Shown in pieces: positions 8,365 to 17,739 of a stretch of DNA of 64,000 bases. The first letter of the stretch is position 1, and every line of letters begins with the position of its first letter. The stretch is taken from assembly GCA_050014495.1 (NCBI GenBank), contig JBEKDF010000001.1:32001-96000 (forward strand), in the 5' to 3' direction. The notes beneath the pieces were generated by a model. The model made no database searches and was not told where the DNA came from. It saw only the letters and a list, made by a program, of their open reading frames with translations. This DNA comes from Candidatus Bathyarchaeia archaeon (GTDB lineage: Archaea > Thermoproteota > Bathyarchaeia > TCS64). A program made the translations under genes and the position numbers.

Positions 8365-9567
8365 ATGTTCAAGCTACTAACCGGTGGAGAAGTCTACGCA
8401 CCCGAGAAGCTCGGCAAGGTCGATATTCTAGTCACAAACGATAGGATAGTCGCTGTAGAGGAGAACCTTGAACTCCCAGGCAAATACGAGTGCGAAGTCG
8501 TTGACGCCACCGACAAGATCATTTATCCAGGCTTCGTCGACACACACATCCACTTCACTGGAGCTGACGATGGGCAGGGTCCCGTCGGCCATACCTATGA
8601 CGTCTCTTGGCAGGACATCGTGGAGAGCGGAGTGACAACCGCTGTTGGCACCCTAGGGGGCGAGATGTGGGTCAGAACCCTCGAGCAGCTCTACTGGAAG
8701 GCCGTCGAGCTGGATAAGATGGGGCTCACCACATACATCTACACGGGTGGCTTCCACATCCCACCTATCACGATAACGGGCAGCGTGAGGAGAGACATCA
8801 TCCTACTCGAGAAGGTCAGGGGACTGAAGACCGCTATCTCAGACGCGACCACCAGTCACCACACATGGAGAGAGCTCGCGGAGCTAGTCAGCGAGGTCAA
8901 CATCGGAGCCGAGACCGTAAAGAAGACAGCTGTGACTCACGTTCATGTTGGAAGGCGACCCCAGAGGATGGATATGCTCTTCGAACTCATCGAGAACACC
9001 GGCCTCGACCCTAAGGGAATAGTACCGACACACGTCAACCGAATAACGCCAGACGTAATAGCCCAGGGCATTGATTGGATAAAGAGAGGTGGTGTAGTCG
9101 ACCTTACCACACAGATGCGCAGGGAGGAGGGAACCCTAACCGGCGTCAAAACCGAGTACGCGGTGAAGAGAATGTTAGACGCGGGTTGCCCCATAGAAGG
9201 CATCACGATCAGCAGCGACGCGAACTGCCCAATGGCGATAAGGGATAGCAGCGGCAAACAGATAGGACTCTATGTAGCTCTCGTCGACTTCAACAGGAGA
9301 GAGATTAGAGACATTGTCCGAAACAGCGTCGCACCTTTTGAGGAGGCCTTAAAGATGGTGACAACAAATCCGGCCCGCGTTCTAGGTATAGATGACAGAA
9401 AAGGCAGAATCAAGCCAGGATACGATGCTGACATCGTGATCGCGAACAAGCCAGAGGACCTTAAAATCGATAAGGTCTACTCCAAGGGGAATATGCTGGT
9501 AGATGGTGGAAAAGCGCTGTTCCAAGGACACTACTGGATGGATCCCTATTACGAGATGTACCAGTAA
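8365..9567 (+). CDS. Isoaspartyl dipeptidase-like amidohydrolase
   Basis: Motifs PGFVDTHIH, GVTT, GLKTAISD, HVHVG, PTHVNR, SSD, TTNPARVLG and GYDADIV. Confidence 0.85.
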   Translation: MFKLLTGGEVYAPEKLGKVDILVTNDRIVAVEENLELPGKYECEVVDATDKIIYPGFVDTHIHFTGADDGQGPVGHTYDVSWQDIVESGVTTAVGTLGGEMWVRTLEQLYWKAVELDKMGLTTYIYTGGFHIPPITITGSVRRDIILLEKVRGLKTAISDATTSHHTWRELAELVSEVNIGAETVKKTAVTHVHVGRRPQRMDMLFELIENTGLDPKGIVPTHVNRITPDVIAQGIDWIKRGGVVDLTTQMRREEGTLTGVKTEYAVKRMLDAGCPIEGITISSDANCPMAIRDSSGKQIGLYVALVDFNRREIRDIVRNSVAPFEEALKMVTTNPARVLGIDDRKGRIKPGYDADIVIANKPEDLKIDKVYSKGNMLVDGGKALFQGHYWMDPYYEMYQ

Positions 9568-9613
9568 GCCCGACTAAGAAAACCGTTTTAGCCCGTCCAA
9601 CCACCAATACTCC

Positions 9614-10690
9614 ATGTCACAAAGCAACAGCAAAGAGAACATCAAAGAACTAGCCAACATATACAATAAACTCCATCCACAAATACACAGCGACTTCGGA
9701 GAGGAGATGCCTAAATACTGGGGAAACCGGTGGAAAGCGAACACCAGCATCGGCAAGCTCCGCACAGTCTTCGTCCACCGACCCGGTAAGGAGTTTCTAA
9801 GCGTCGGGAAGAAGACCCCATGGCCACCCCACGAGGATAGCCTTGCAGCTTGGAGGATGACCTTCAAACCGGACCTCAACGAGTTGATCAAGCATCACGA
9901 GAACCTACTAAAAGCCTACAAGGACGAGGGCATCCGCGTAGTCGTCAGAAAGCCAGATCCCAATGACCCACCCTACCAAGTGAAGAGCATCTATACCGAT
10001 GATGTCTGTCACCCCGCCGTCTACGGCCAGATCATTCTACGAATGTACGACTGGATCCGAAAAGGCGAGGAGGTACCAACCTATCAAACACTCGCCGAGG
10101 CTGGATGTCCAGTCGTCGGCATGATCGTGGGCGACGGCATGGTCGAGGGAGGATCATGCGGCTGGCTTGACGAGAAACACCTATTCATAGAGGTGCATTT
10201 CCCCAGGGGTAATACGTCAGACCCCATCATCGCAAAGGCGAATGAATTCGGTCAGGAGCAATACGCTAGAATAGTCAAACTACAGGATCCAGAAGTCGAC
10301 ATCAAGATGGACCCAGGATACGGCACAAGCAAGGGAACAATCGACTACGCCATGATTGACCGTCATACAAGCGTAGGAGATCCAATCTGGTTCGACCCAC
10401 ACCTCGTAGCGTGGATGAAGAATGAGATGAACTGGAAATTCATCGTACCACCTGACGAACTAGTATACACCGACACACATGGCGCTAAAATCGGACCAAA
10501 CACTGGCATCGTCCTAGAACCCATGAAACTAATGGTCCCAGTCGGCAATCCTAAGAACACTAAGTGGCTCGAATCCATCGGTGTCGAGGTTGTGGAAGTA
10601 GAGTGCAGTAGCCTAGTCAGGCCGAGAAACAGTGGCAGTATCCACTGCACAAGTGGTAGCCTCGAAAGGGACCCCGAGCCCTGCGATTAA
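9614..10690 (+). CDS. Amidinotransferase / arginine deiminase (pentein) superfamily protein
   Basis: Motifs SIGKLRTVFVHRPGKE, VEGG and C-terminal GSIHCTS (catalytic Cys). Confidence 0.82.
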   Translation: MSQSNSKENIKELANIYNKLHPQIHSDFGEEMPKYWGNRWKANTSIGKLRTVFVHRPGKEFLSVGKKTPWPPHEDSLAAWRMTFKPDLNELIKHHENLLKAYKDEGIRVVVRKPDPNDPPYQVKSIYTDDVCHPAVYGQIILRMYDWIRKGEEVPTYQTLAEAGCPVVGMIVGDGMVEGGSCGWLDEKHLFIEVHFPRGNTSDPIIAKANEFGQEQYARIVKLQDPEVDIKMDPGYGTSKGTIDYAMIDRHTSVGDPIWFDPHLVAWMKNEMNWKFIVPPDELVYTDTHGAKIGPNTGIVLEPMKLMVPVGNPKNTKWLESIGVEVVEVECSSLVRPRNSGSIHCTSGSLERDPEPCD

Positions 10691-10808
10691 TCACAATCAA
10701 CACTTAGTATCCGGGTTCACCACAAAAAATCGTCAAATATGCTTCTAATTGATGATCAATAGTTCAACTATCAATCATCATCCAAAAAAGGCTAGATTTA
10801 GGAATAAT

Positions 10809-10943
10809 CTAAAGGTCCTCGTCCTTACCCTGCCTCAGGCTCAGAATCAAGCCCCTGAGGACCAACCAGGTGAAATATGCTCCAGGTATCATACTGACAA
10901 TAGCTGCGATCACAACGAGTGAGTTCGAGCCCTGCTCAGCCAA
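10809..10943 (-). CDS. Putative 44-aa single-pass membrane protein
   Basis: TTG-started ORF MAEQGSNSLVVIAAIVSMIPGAYFTWLVLRGLILSLRQGKDEDL in otherwise empty space, below the ORF-track cutoff. Confidence 0.45.
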   Translation of the reverse strand: MAEQGSNSLVVIAAIVSMIPGAYFTWLVLRGLILSLRQGKDEDL

Positions 10944-11052
10944 CGCTTATCTCATGGAGCCGGGTGCCAGTTGCTAAAGAAGATTATGATTCACCGAGCT
11001 CAGTTTAGTGTCCTTAGACTCTCTGAGATGCGCATTATTAATTGATTGTAAT

Positions 11053-11337
11053 TCAAAGGTCATTATTTCTGCGTTTAGGAAACGAGTCTCTAACCTCTTT
11101 CAACCGCACCTCTGAGAGGTAGTACTTCCCACTAACCTCAACAACTATCCCTGATTGACCAAGTCGTCTACTCATCATATCCTTGAAAACTGGCGGAAGA
11201 CCAAGTTCCTCGATGGTCATCGCTCTTTCGCTACTAGTAGCGCCCTTAAGCCTAAATTTCTCAACAATATCCTGAGACTCTTTCAAACGATCCCTAAACT
11301 GCGATTGTCTACCTCTAAACATGCTATTCACTATCAT
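11053..11337 (-). CDS. Hypothetical small basic protein (possibly winged-helix-like)
   Basis: Helical region followed by a beta-hairpin-like VVEVSGKYYL. Confidence 0.65.
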   Translation of the reverse strand: MIVNSMFRGRQSQFRDRLKESQDIVEKFRLKGATSSERAMTIEELGLPPVFKDMMSRRLGQSGIVVEVSGKYYLSEVRLKEVRDSFPKRRNNDL

Positions 11338-11356
11338 TTTCGAGTTTTATTCATGC

Positions 11357-12247
11357 TTATGGGCACACCTGTGTCCCACCATTCTTCAAAGCGGAGTTTG
11401 TCCTGCTTAGTCTGTAAATTGTGTTGGGTATCTGGGGGACGAATGTGTCCCGGACGGAGAGGCTCCTAGGCCCTATGAAGTGGTTCGTATGTGCTATGTA
11501 CCCATTCTCTGGGACCATGATCGATGTGTCGAGGGGGCTCATCTCGAGATCGATGGCGACTCCTCCCGCCTGGGCGAGGATGAGATTGGAGGACACGCTA
11601 TGCTTAGCATTCAGGACACCCATTATCGCTTCATTCAGCCACCTACTGTTCAGAGCCTTCCTACACTGCACGAGAAGCGGCGGGTTAGGGGTAAATGTGT
11701 CTTTATCACTGACGAGGGCGTTTAAGACTATTCCAAGGCCATAAGAGTTGACACCCTTGTGTCCAACTGTGCCAGCTTCGGCGTGCAGAAGAATCGAGGG
11801 CTTCCCATCCTGCCTGATCTCAAGGGTCACACATCCATCTGTTATACCGGGGCGGTAATCCCAGTTCTGAGCGAGCAGAGAGTGCCTAACAGTCGTGGCG
11901 TCTGGGAGTGTGGCAATCGCAGTACAACCATCTGGGGGCAGCTTCACCTGGCTGAAGAGCAGCTCGTACCGCGTGTTGAGGGCGAGGATTTCCTCGAGCT
12001 TCGACTCTGACCCCTCCGCTATTCCCTCAATCTCCTCGTAGATACTCGCATCATATCTCTTGATAGGCTCAGCGGTCATAGATGCCTTATTGAGTGCCTC
12101 CCTCTCGGTCATGCCGCAGATTCGACCCCAGAGGCCAATGTAGTAGTCTACATTGTAGCGTATCTGCTTCTTCGTGGCTTTACCATACTTCAAACCACAC
12201 TCGTGTGCAGAACCAGCGACCTTGATAAAGGGGAAGGGATCGGGCAA
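11357..12247 (-). CDS. C45 family Ntn peptidase / acyltransferase, possibly C-terminally truncated
   Basis: Motifs LNTRYE, GCT (autocleavage Cys), AQNWD, GVNSYGL and HTNHF. Confidence 0.8.
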   Translation of the reverse strand: MPDPFPFIKVAGSAHECGLKYGKATKKQIRYNVDYYIGLWGRICGMTEREALNKASMTAEPIKRYDASIYEEIEGIAEGSESKLEEILALNTRYELLFSQVKLPPDGCTAIATLPDATTVRHSLLAQNWDYRPGITDGCVTLEIRQDGKPSILLHAEAGTVGHKGVNSYGLGIVLNALVSDKDTFTPNPPLLVQCRKALNSRWLNEAIMGVLNAKHSVSSNLILAQAGGVAIDLEMSPLDTSIMVPENGYIAHTNHFIGPRSLSVRDTFVPQIPNTIYRLSRTNSALKNGGTQVCP

Positions 12248-12497
12248 GGATTCACCGGAGGAAGTTCTGTTGAATGAGAATAAATCATTTTATCTTTAAA
12301 TAATCATTGACAATAAAAAATGGCTTTCGTATGGAAACGCGGTTATCATATACATGCTCAGTACCTCCGCTCAGACGGGAACCTACAAGGTTACAGCGAC
12401 CGCCACCAAGACGGGGTATACATCAGCATCAACTTCGACCAACTTTACATTACATTAGAACTCGTACACCCATCCATCGAGCGCGCTGATAGACACG

Positions 12498-13064
12498 TCA
12501 CTCCTTCTGCTTCTCCTTCTTCTGCTGGAGATCTTCTGCCTCAATCTTATGGAAAAGGCTACGGAGTTGCCGCTTCATGTTGCTGCGATCTCTGCTGAGG
12601 CCGAGGGAGTCCGCGAATTCATTCGTAGTCTTCAGAAACTTCGCTCTCCCGTCCCCCTTCTCCCTCTCGACGAGACCCATCTGGACGAGCTGCTTAATGT
12701 GCTGATAGGACTGGCTACCCCGGGCGAGGGCCACCTCTCTCTGCTCAATAGGCTGGTTGTACGCGATGTAGCTGAGAGTGCGCAGGGGACCTGTAGTTAG
12801 GAGGGGACGGATGCTAAACTTGCGCGCCTCCTTAGTGTAATCGGTCTTAAGCTGGATCACGACTCGGTCCTCGGGGAGATGCTTCACCTCTAATGGGCTG
12901 CGGTCCTGTTCATAGATCTCACCGAGACGGATGCTGAGTTGCTTAGCCTCCTGCTCGCTATCCAGCTTCAAGTGGGCAACTATAGTAGCGAGACTGAGTG
13001 GTCTACCCGAGGCATAGAGTATTGCCTCGAGGCGCGCTAACATGTCGTATTTGCTACTCATCAA
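12498..13064 (-). CDS. scpB: SMC-Scp complex subunit ScpB
   Basis: Motifs LEAILYASGRP, TLSYIAYNQP, ARG and TTNEF. Confidence 0.9.
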   Translation of the reverse strand: MMSSKYDMLARLEAILYASGRPLSLATIVAHLKLDSEQEAKQLSIRLGEIYEQDRSPLEVKHLPEDRVVIQLKTDYTKEARKFSIRPLLTTGPLRTLSYIAYNQPIEQREVALARGSQSYQHIKQLVQMGLVEREKGDGRAKFLKTTNEFADSLGLSRDRSNMKRQLRSLFHKIEAEDLQQKKEKQKE

Positions 13065-13113
13065 CCCACCTAGTTACCTATCCCTCTAGGCGTTTCCTAA
13101 TAACTTGTGTGGA

Positions 13114-14352
13114 TTAAACCCCAGAGCCAATATCACGCCTGTAGAACAGAGTCCCTTTGACTGCGGATGCGTCTGAGTACACCTTCTCACGTGCCTCAGC
13201 GACGGACTTTCCCTTGGCTAAGAGGGCTACTGCCCTGCTGCCGGTCGTCCTAATGACTCCTCCCTCCTCGTAGACGGAAGCGTAGTATGGCTCCGAGTTC
13301 CTTAGGCTACCCACAGTTAGAGGCTTATCCCTCTGCGGCGCCTCGGGGTAACCCTCTGGAACTATGTACACGCAGACGGTGGCCTCCCTCCGGAAAGTTG
13401 GCGTGCTTAGCCTACCCTCGACAACCTTGAAGCCCGTCTCAACGAGTGAATCGTCGAGGAGTGCAAGGACGTTTATCGCTTCGGGGTCTCCCAGACGAGC
13501 GTTGTACTCAATCAGGTATACGCCATGCTCAGTGTTCATGAATCCACCGTAGAGAAAACCGTGATACTCGCCCACGGACTCTGAGAGGGCGGAAACGGTC
13601 GACCTCATAATCTCAACACCCTTCTTAACAGCGGAGACAGGAAGGTCAGGGAGGCTGTGGTCGGGGCAGCTATAGCTACCCATACTCCCCGTATTAGGGC
13701 CCCTGTCCCCGTCGTAGGCACGCTTGAAGTCTCGAACGAGTGGCATAACCTCGATGTGCTCGCCGTCGACGAAGGCCTGAAGTGTGAACTCCTTCCCCAT
13801 CAGCTTCTCCTCGAGAACGACGAGGCCGTCGTTTCGTATACACTCAGAGGCGTACTCCTCAACCTCCCTCTCTGTCTTCAGGTGCTCCCCCGTCAACTTG
13901 ACGCCCTTTCCCCCAGTGAGTACATCCGGCTTGACAGCCACATCCGGATGCTCCCTGAGAAACGTTCTAACTGAAAGGAGGTCTCTACAAACCCTGAACT
14001 CCGGGTTACCAGGAATACCATTCTCCTGCAGGACTAGGCGCGCATAGCTCTTGCTCCACTCAAGGCGAGCCAAGCTCTTCTTCGGCCCGACAACGGGGAC
14101 TCCAAGGGCGCTGAGGTGATCAGCGATCCCAGCGGCCAGCGGTGCCTCCGGTCCGATGAAGGCGATATCGACACCCCTGAAGCGGTTGTACCCCTCGGGT
14201 TTATCGATGTCCATGATCTCCACCTTCTCGGATAGGGCAGCGATGCCTGGGTTCCTTTTCGACATCGCGGAGACCAGCTCCGCACCGTCGGCGTGAACTT
14301 TCTTCGCGATCGCGTGCTCTCTCGCGCCGTTACCAACAACCAGGACCTTCAT
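13114..14352 (-). CDS. purD: Phosphoribosylamine-glycine ligase
   Basis: Motifs GNGAREHA, GPEAPL, GPNTGSMG, EYNARLGDPE and YRRDIG. Confidence 0.95.
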   Translation of the reverse strand: MKVLVVGNGAREHAIAKKVHADGAELVSAMSKRNPGIAALSEKVEIMDIDKPEGYNRFRGVDIAFIGPEAPLAAGIADHLSALGVPVVGPKKSLARLEWSKSYARLVLQENGIPGNPEFRVCRDLLSVRTFLREHPDVAVKPDVLTGGKGVKLTGEHLKTEREVEEYASECIRNDGLVVLEEKLMGKEFTLQAFVDGEHIEVMPLVRDFKRAYDGDRGPNTGSMGSYSCPDHSLPDLPVSAVKKGVEIMRSTVSALSESVGEYHGFLYGGFMNTEHGVYLIEYNARLGDPEAINVLALLDDSLVETGFKVVEGRLSTPTFRREATVCVYIVPEGYPEAPQRDKPLTVGSLRNSEPYYASVYEEGGVIRTTGSRAVALLAKGKSVAEAREKVYSDASAVKGTLFYRRDIGSGV

Positions 14353-14394
14353 AGGACCACCTGAACTCGATACCCGCGTCGGGAAGAAAAGTGT

Positions 14395-15570
14395 TTAATG
14401 CGGTCTTGTGACCTCGCGGAGGGCCTTCACCAGGGCGAGAGCCTCCTCCTCAGTGTTGTAGAAATGAGGACTCATACGTAGCCCACCTATCCTCGGGGCG
14501 ACGTAAATATTCCTCGTAAGGAGTTTCTCCCCAACGGCCTTGAAGTCGGGGACCTGAACATTGACATATATCCTCTTTTCCTCCTCCTTTGGGGTCTGAA
14601 GCTTGAAGTGTCTCTTCGTCAGCTCCTCGATGAGGACATTGTCTACGTCCCGGACCTGCCTCTCCACCGCCTTCTTCCCATGGGCGAGGAGCACCTTCAT
14701 CGAGTTCTCAACAGCCACATAGCTGATCTCCTGCCTAGGGAAGACCTCGATGCGCTCGATCCCCCTGCGAGGCTTAAACTCATAGAGCGTGAACTCGTCG
14801 GTGGTGTTTCGCTCACCCACCTCCGGCTCGAGCGTCTTCTCCCCAACATATACAGGCTGACTCGCGTCTATGTTGGGCTTCGAGACGAAGAGGAAGCCCG
14901 CGGACTGCCCGTAGTGCCCCCCCATGAGCCACTTGTATGTGCTGGTGGCCACGAAGTCGACCCCCCAGCGGTCAGCCTCCCAAGCGAGGCTGCCGACACA
15001 CTGTGTCCCGTCAACAACGAGCTTCGCACCGTGGGCGTGGCAGACCTCCGACAGCGCCTTGAGATCGTGGAGGTATCCATTGAACCAGCTAGGTTGGTCG
15101 ACGACGACAACAGCCGTCTTATCATTGACGGCCTTCTCAAACTGCTCGAGGGTGACGACGCCTCTCTTACTCTTTAAGAACTTTGGTTTAGCTCCGCGAT
15201 CCCTCTGCTTGTTAACTACAGTGGCAGTCATGGGGTAGCTGAGATTTGTGCAGATGACATTACTGCCCCTCTTGACGGAAACCATGCTTAGGGCGGTGTT
15301 GATACCCGCAGTGGCGTTGGGGATGAAGGCGATCTCCTCCACCTTACCACCGATGACCTCGGCGAAGAGTTTCTTCGAGTTTAGGCGACGCTTCGCCCAG
15401 TCAGCTGTGCCACTCTGCCAAGCGCGCTCCCCACAGAACATCGCGGTGACGTCAGCGATATACTCCTCCATGACCCTCAGGGTCGATGCCGGGACAGCGC
15501 CAGTTGTGGCCGTATCGAAGTGTATCTTTCCCTTCAATAGAGGGAACTCATCTTTCAGTTTGAGAACCAT
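14395..15570 (-). CDS. Class V PLP-dependent aminotransferase (cysteine desulfurase/kynureninase-like)
   Basis: Motifs VVDGTQ, STYKWLMG and RMSPHFYN. Confidence 0.85.
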   Translation of the reverse strand: MVLKLKDEFPLLKGKIHFDTATTGAVPASTLRVMEEYIADVTAMFCGERAWQSGTADWAKRRLNSKKLFAEVIGGKVEEIAFIPNATAGINTALSMVSVKRGSNVICTNLSYPMTATVVNKQRDRGAKPKFLKSKRGVVTLEQFEKAVNDKTAVVVVDQPSWFNGYLHDLKALSEVCHAHGAKLVVDGTQCVGSLAWEADRWGVDFVATSTYKWLMGGHYGQSAGFLFVSKPNIDASQPVYVGEKTLEPEVGERNTTDEFTLYEFKPRRGIERIEVFPRQEISYVAVENSMKVLLAHGKKAVERQVRDVDNVLIEELTKRHFKLQTPKEEEKRIYVNVQVPDFKAVGEKLLTRNIYVAPRIGGLRMSPHFYNTEEEALALVKALREVTRPH

Positions 15571-15666
15571 GATACAGGTAACGCAGAATAGCCAAAAAAA
15601 CTTTGCAGGTGGATTAGCCTACCCAATCTTAAATCCGATACTACAGTGTCTAGATTAGTGATTAAC

Positions 15667-16120
15667 ATGCCGAGAAGGCTTGAGATCGAGGACCTCGACA
15701 GATTTGTTATGGCCTCCAACCCGCAACTATCGCCGAATGGCAAGAGCTTAGTCTATGCGCGCGCGCAGCATCTGCAACTGGACTAGTTTCTTCGGCACAT
15801 CAGATATTGGCTTCCATTTCGGTCCCGACCAGATCGGCGGCGATCCCTGGAGCAACCCAAAGTCCTACACTGAGAAGTCGCCACTCACATATGCGAAGAA
15901 TGTTATAACCCCAACCATGCTCATCCACAGCTACAATGATAACAGGTGCTGGATAGATCAGAGCATACAGATGTACACTGCACTAAGGTACCTAGGAGTG
16001 GAGACAAAGTTCATCCTCTACACGAAGGGGAGCCACTCGTTCAGGAATCTAGGGAGGCCAACGATCAGGAAGCACCGCCTCCACGATATGATCGACTGGT
16101 TTAACAGCTACCTAAAGTGA
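15667..16120 (+). pseudogene. S9 family (acylaminoacyl/dipeptidyl) peptidase with large internal deletion
   Basis: N-terminus MPRRLEIEDLDRFVMASNPQLSPNGKSLVY is joined out of frame to a C-terminus with SPL, TPTMLIHS, DNRC and GSH. The GxSxG motif and the propeller are absent. Confidence 0.75.
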
Positions 16121-16153
16121 CCCATTTTTAAACAATGATGTGGCTCTTTCCTT

Positions 16154-16597
16154 ATGGTTACTCGGGGGAGCTACTGCCTCTGCATCCACGTTGAAAGGGA
16201 CTTAGAGATAAAAGTCGGCTCACTCGGCCTCATCCACTTCCGGAAGGGACGTTACGTCTATGTGGGCTCTGCACTAAACAGCCTTATTCCAAGACTCGGG
16301 AGACACCTCAGGACCAGCAGAGGCGAAGGAAGGATCGCCCACTGGCACATTGACTACCTACTCCGTGAACCCGGCGTCGAGATCGAAGCAATCTACGCAA
16401 CGGACTGGGCAGTACGCATGGAGTGTGAGATAGCCACACGCGTCGCAGAGAAGGGTGAACCCATCACCCGATTCGGCTGCAGCGACTGCTCCTGCGAGAG
16501 CCATCTCTACAGAGTAAAGTCCTTCGGATTCATAAGAGAAATCGGGTTAAAAACGGTGGATCTATCTAATTTTACTTCTTCGCCAGCTCCTCGATGA
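16154..16597 (+). CDS. GIY-YIG (DUF123/Uri-like) nuclease family protein
   Basis: Motifs GSY, YVYVGSA, HWHIDYL and FGCSDCSCESHL. Confidence 0.88.
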   Translation: MVTRGSYCLCIHVERDLEIKVGSLGLIHFRKGRYVYVGSALNSLIPRLGRHLRTSRGEGRIAHWHIDYLLREPGVEIEAIYATDWAVRMECEIATRVAEKGEPITRFGCSDCSCESHLYRVKSFGFIREIGLKTVDLSNFTSSPAPR

Positions 16598-16877
16598 TTG
16601 GAATGGCGAGTTCCGCATTCGTGACCCCTGTATTAAAGGCCATTAGGGCAGCGGACTCTATCTGCTTCTTAGGTATCCCCGCCTTAAATGCGAGCCCGAC
16701 GAAGTAGCGCAACGCAACCGGGTCACGAGTCGTCGAATAGATCCCAATTAGAATGAGGAGCCTCGTCTTCTCATCTAAGCCACCATGGGCACTAATGGCC
16801 TGGCTCAGCTTCGTATAAGCGTCACTTACACTGGGACACTCCCCAGCGAATATCTCCCAAACACTCTTCTCAGGCAT
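16572..16877 (-). CDS. Carboxymuconolactone decarboxylase / AhpD-like protein
   Basis: Helical CMD pattern LDEKTRLLI...AFKAGI..QI. Confidence 0.75.
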   Translation of the reverse strand: MPEKSVWEIFAGECPSVSDAYTKLSQAISAHGGLDEKTRLLILIGIYSTTRDPVALRYFVGLAFKAGIPKKQIESAALMAFNTGVTNAELAIPIIEELAKK

Positions 16878-16987
16878 TTATAGTCTAGTATCTGTGACCC
16901 ATCGATCTATTTATCCATCTAGGTAAGGCCACCGCTTCGCTTTAATAGTTAGTATCGCTAAATGAGAATAAGGGCTTAGGTGCGTAA

Positions 16988-17638
16988 ATGGGAGCTAAGG
17001 GGTCTACGGAGGAGTTCATGCACGACGTAGACTCCGTAGTCTCCAAGATTCTAGAAAAACTTGACCCGGTATATCACCCGAAAATCCATGTCCTACGCGA
17101 CGACCTCGAGAGGATGCACAAGCAGAACAGAGTGAAGATCAACCACTCGGTGATGGAGCTCGTCTGCGCTGCCCACCTGATCCATGCAGGATTCGACGTT
17201 CAGCTCGAGACCGCGGTAAATGGGATAAGCACCGATGTCTACGCCGAGAAGGGGCTCGGGAGCCTCATGGTCGAAGCGGAAACAGGCTTCGTGCCACCTG
17301 AAAACGCTATCGACCCCCTCGTGTACCTACGAGCCAGAGCAGCGAGCAAGATAACGAGATATAGTGGCTATGCAAGCAAATTCGTTCTAGCGACTCCGCC
17401 CTACTACGTCCTCCAGATACCGCCGAGCCTTACCAAGCCCCCCAGATTCCGCACTGAGGAGGAGATCGCCTCCATCAAACGCCTCTGCGACCTCTACTAC
17501 AGTAACCCACCGGTGAGTATAGAGGAGATTAGAAACGCCCGCCTCCACGCGATATACGTAGTAGACGTGGACAACGTCTCCATCCGAGAGTGGGAGGTAA
17601 ACGAGTATATGGGCAAAGCCAGTCTCTGGACCACATAA
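16988..17638 (+). CDS. Conserved hypothetical protein with PD-(D/E)XK-like motif
   Basis: E...TDVYA...VEAETG pattern in a long clean ORF. Confidence 0.65.
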   Translation: MGAKGSTEEFMHDVDSVVSKILEKLDPVYHPKIHVLRDDLERMHKQNRVKINHSVMELVCAAHLIHAGFDVQLETAVNGISTDVYAEKGLGSLMVEAETGFVPPENAIDPLVYLRARAASKITRYSGYASKFVLATPPYYVLQIPPSLTKPPRFRTEEEIASIKRLCDLYYSNPPVSIEEIRNARLHAIYVVDVDNVSIREWEVNEYMGKASLWTT

Positions 17639-17739
17639 AATATTTATGATTCTCTCACTTGGTGAAGGAAAAAAGTTATAAAAAAAAAGCGGCTAGAAAG
17701 GTTTAAGATAACCGAGTTATCCCTGAGAGGGAGGTTCAC

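Noticed and set aside
12307..12598. Short + strand ORFs between the C45 gene and scpB
   Set aside because: No recognisable motif, and one overlaps the scpB 3' end. Cannot be supported as genes.
16154..17638. Defence island around the GIY-YIG and PD-(D/E)XK-like genes
   Set aside because: Both look like stand-alone conserved archaeal genes, with no methylase, ATPase or mobility gene nearby.
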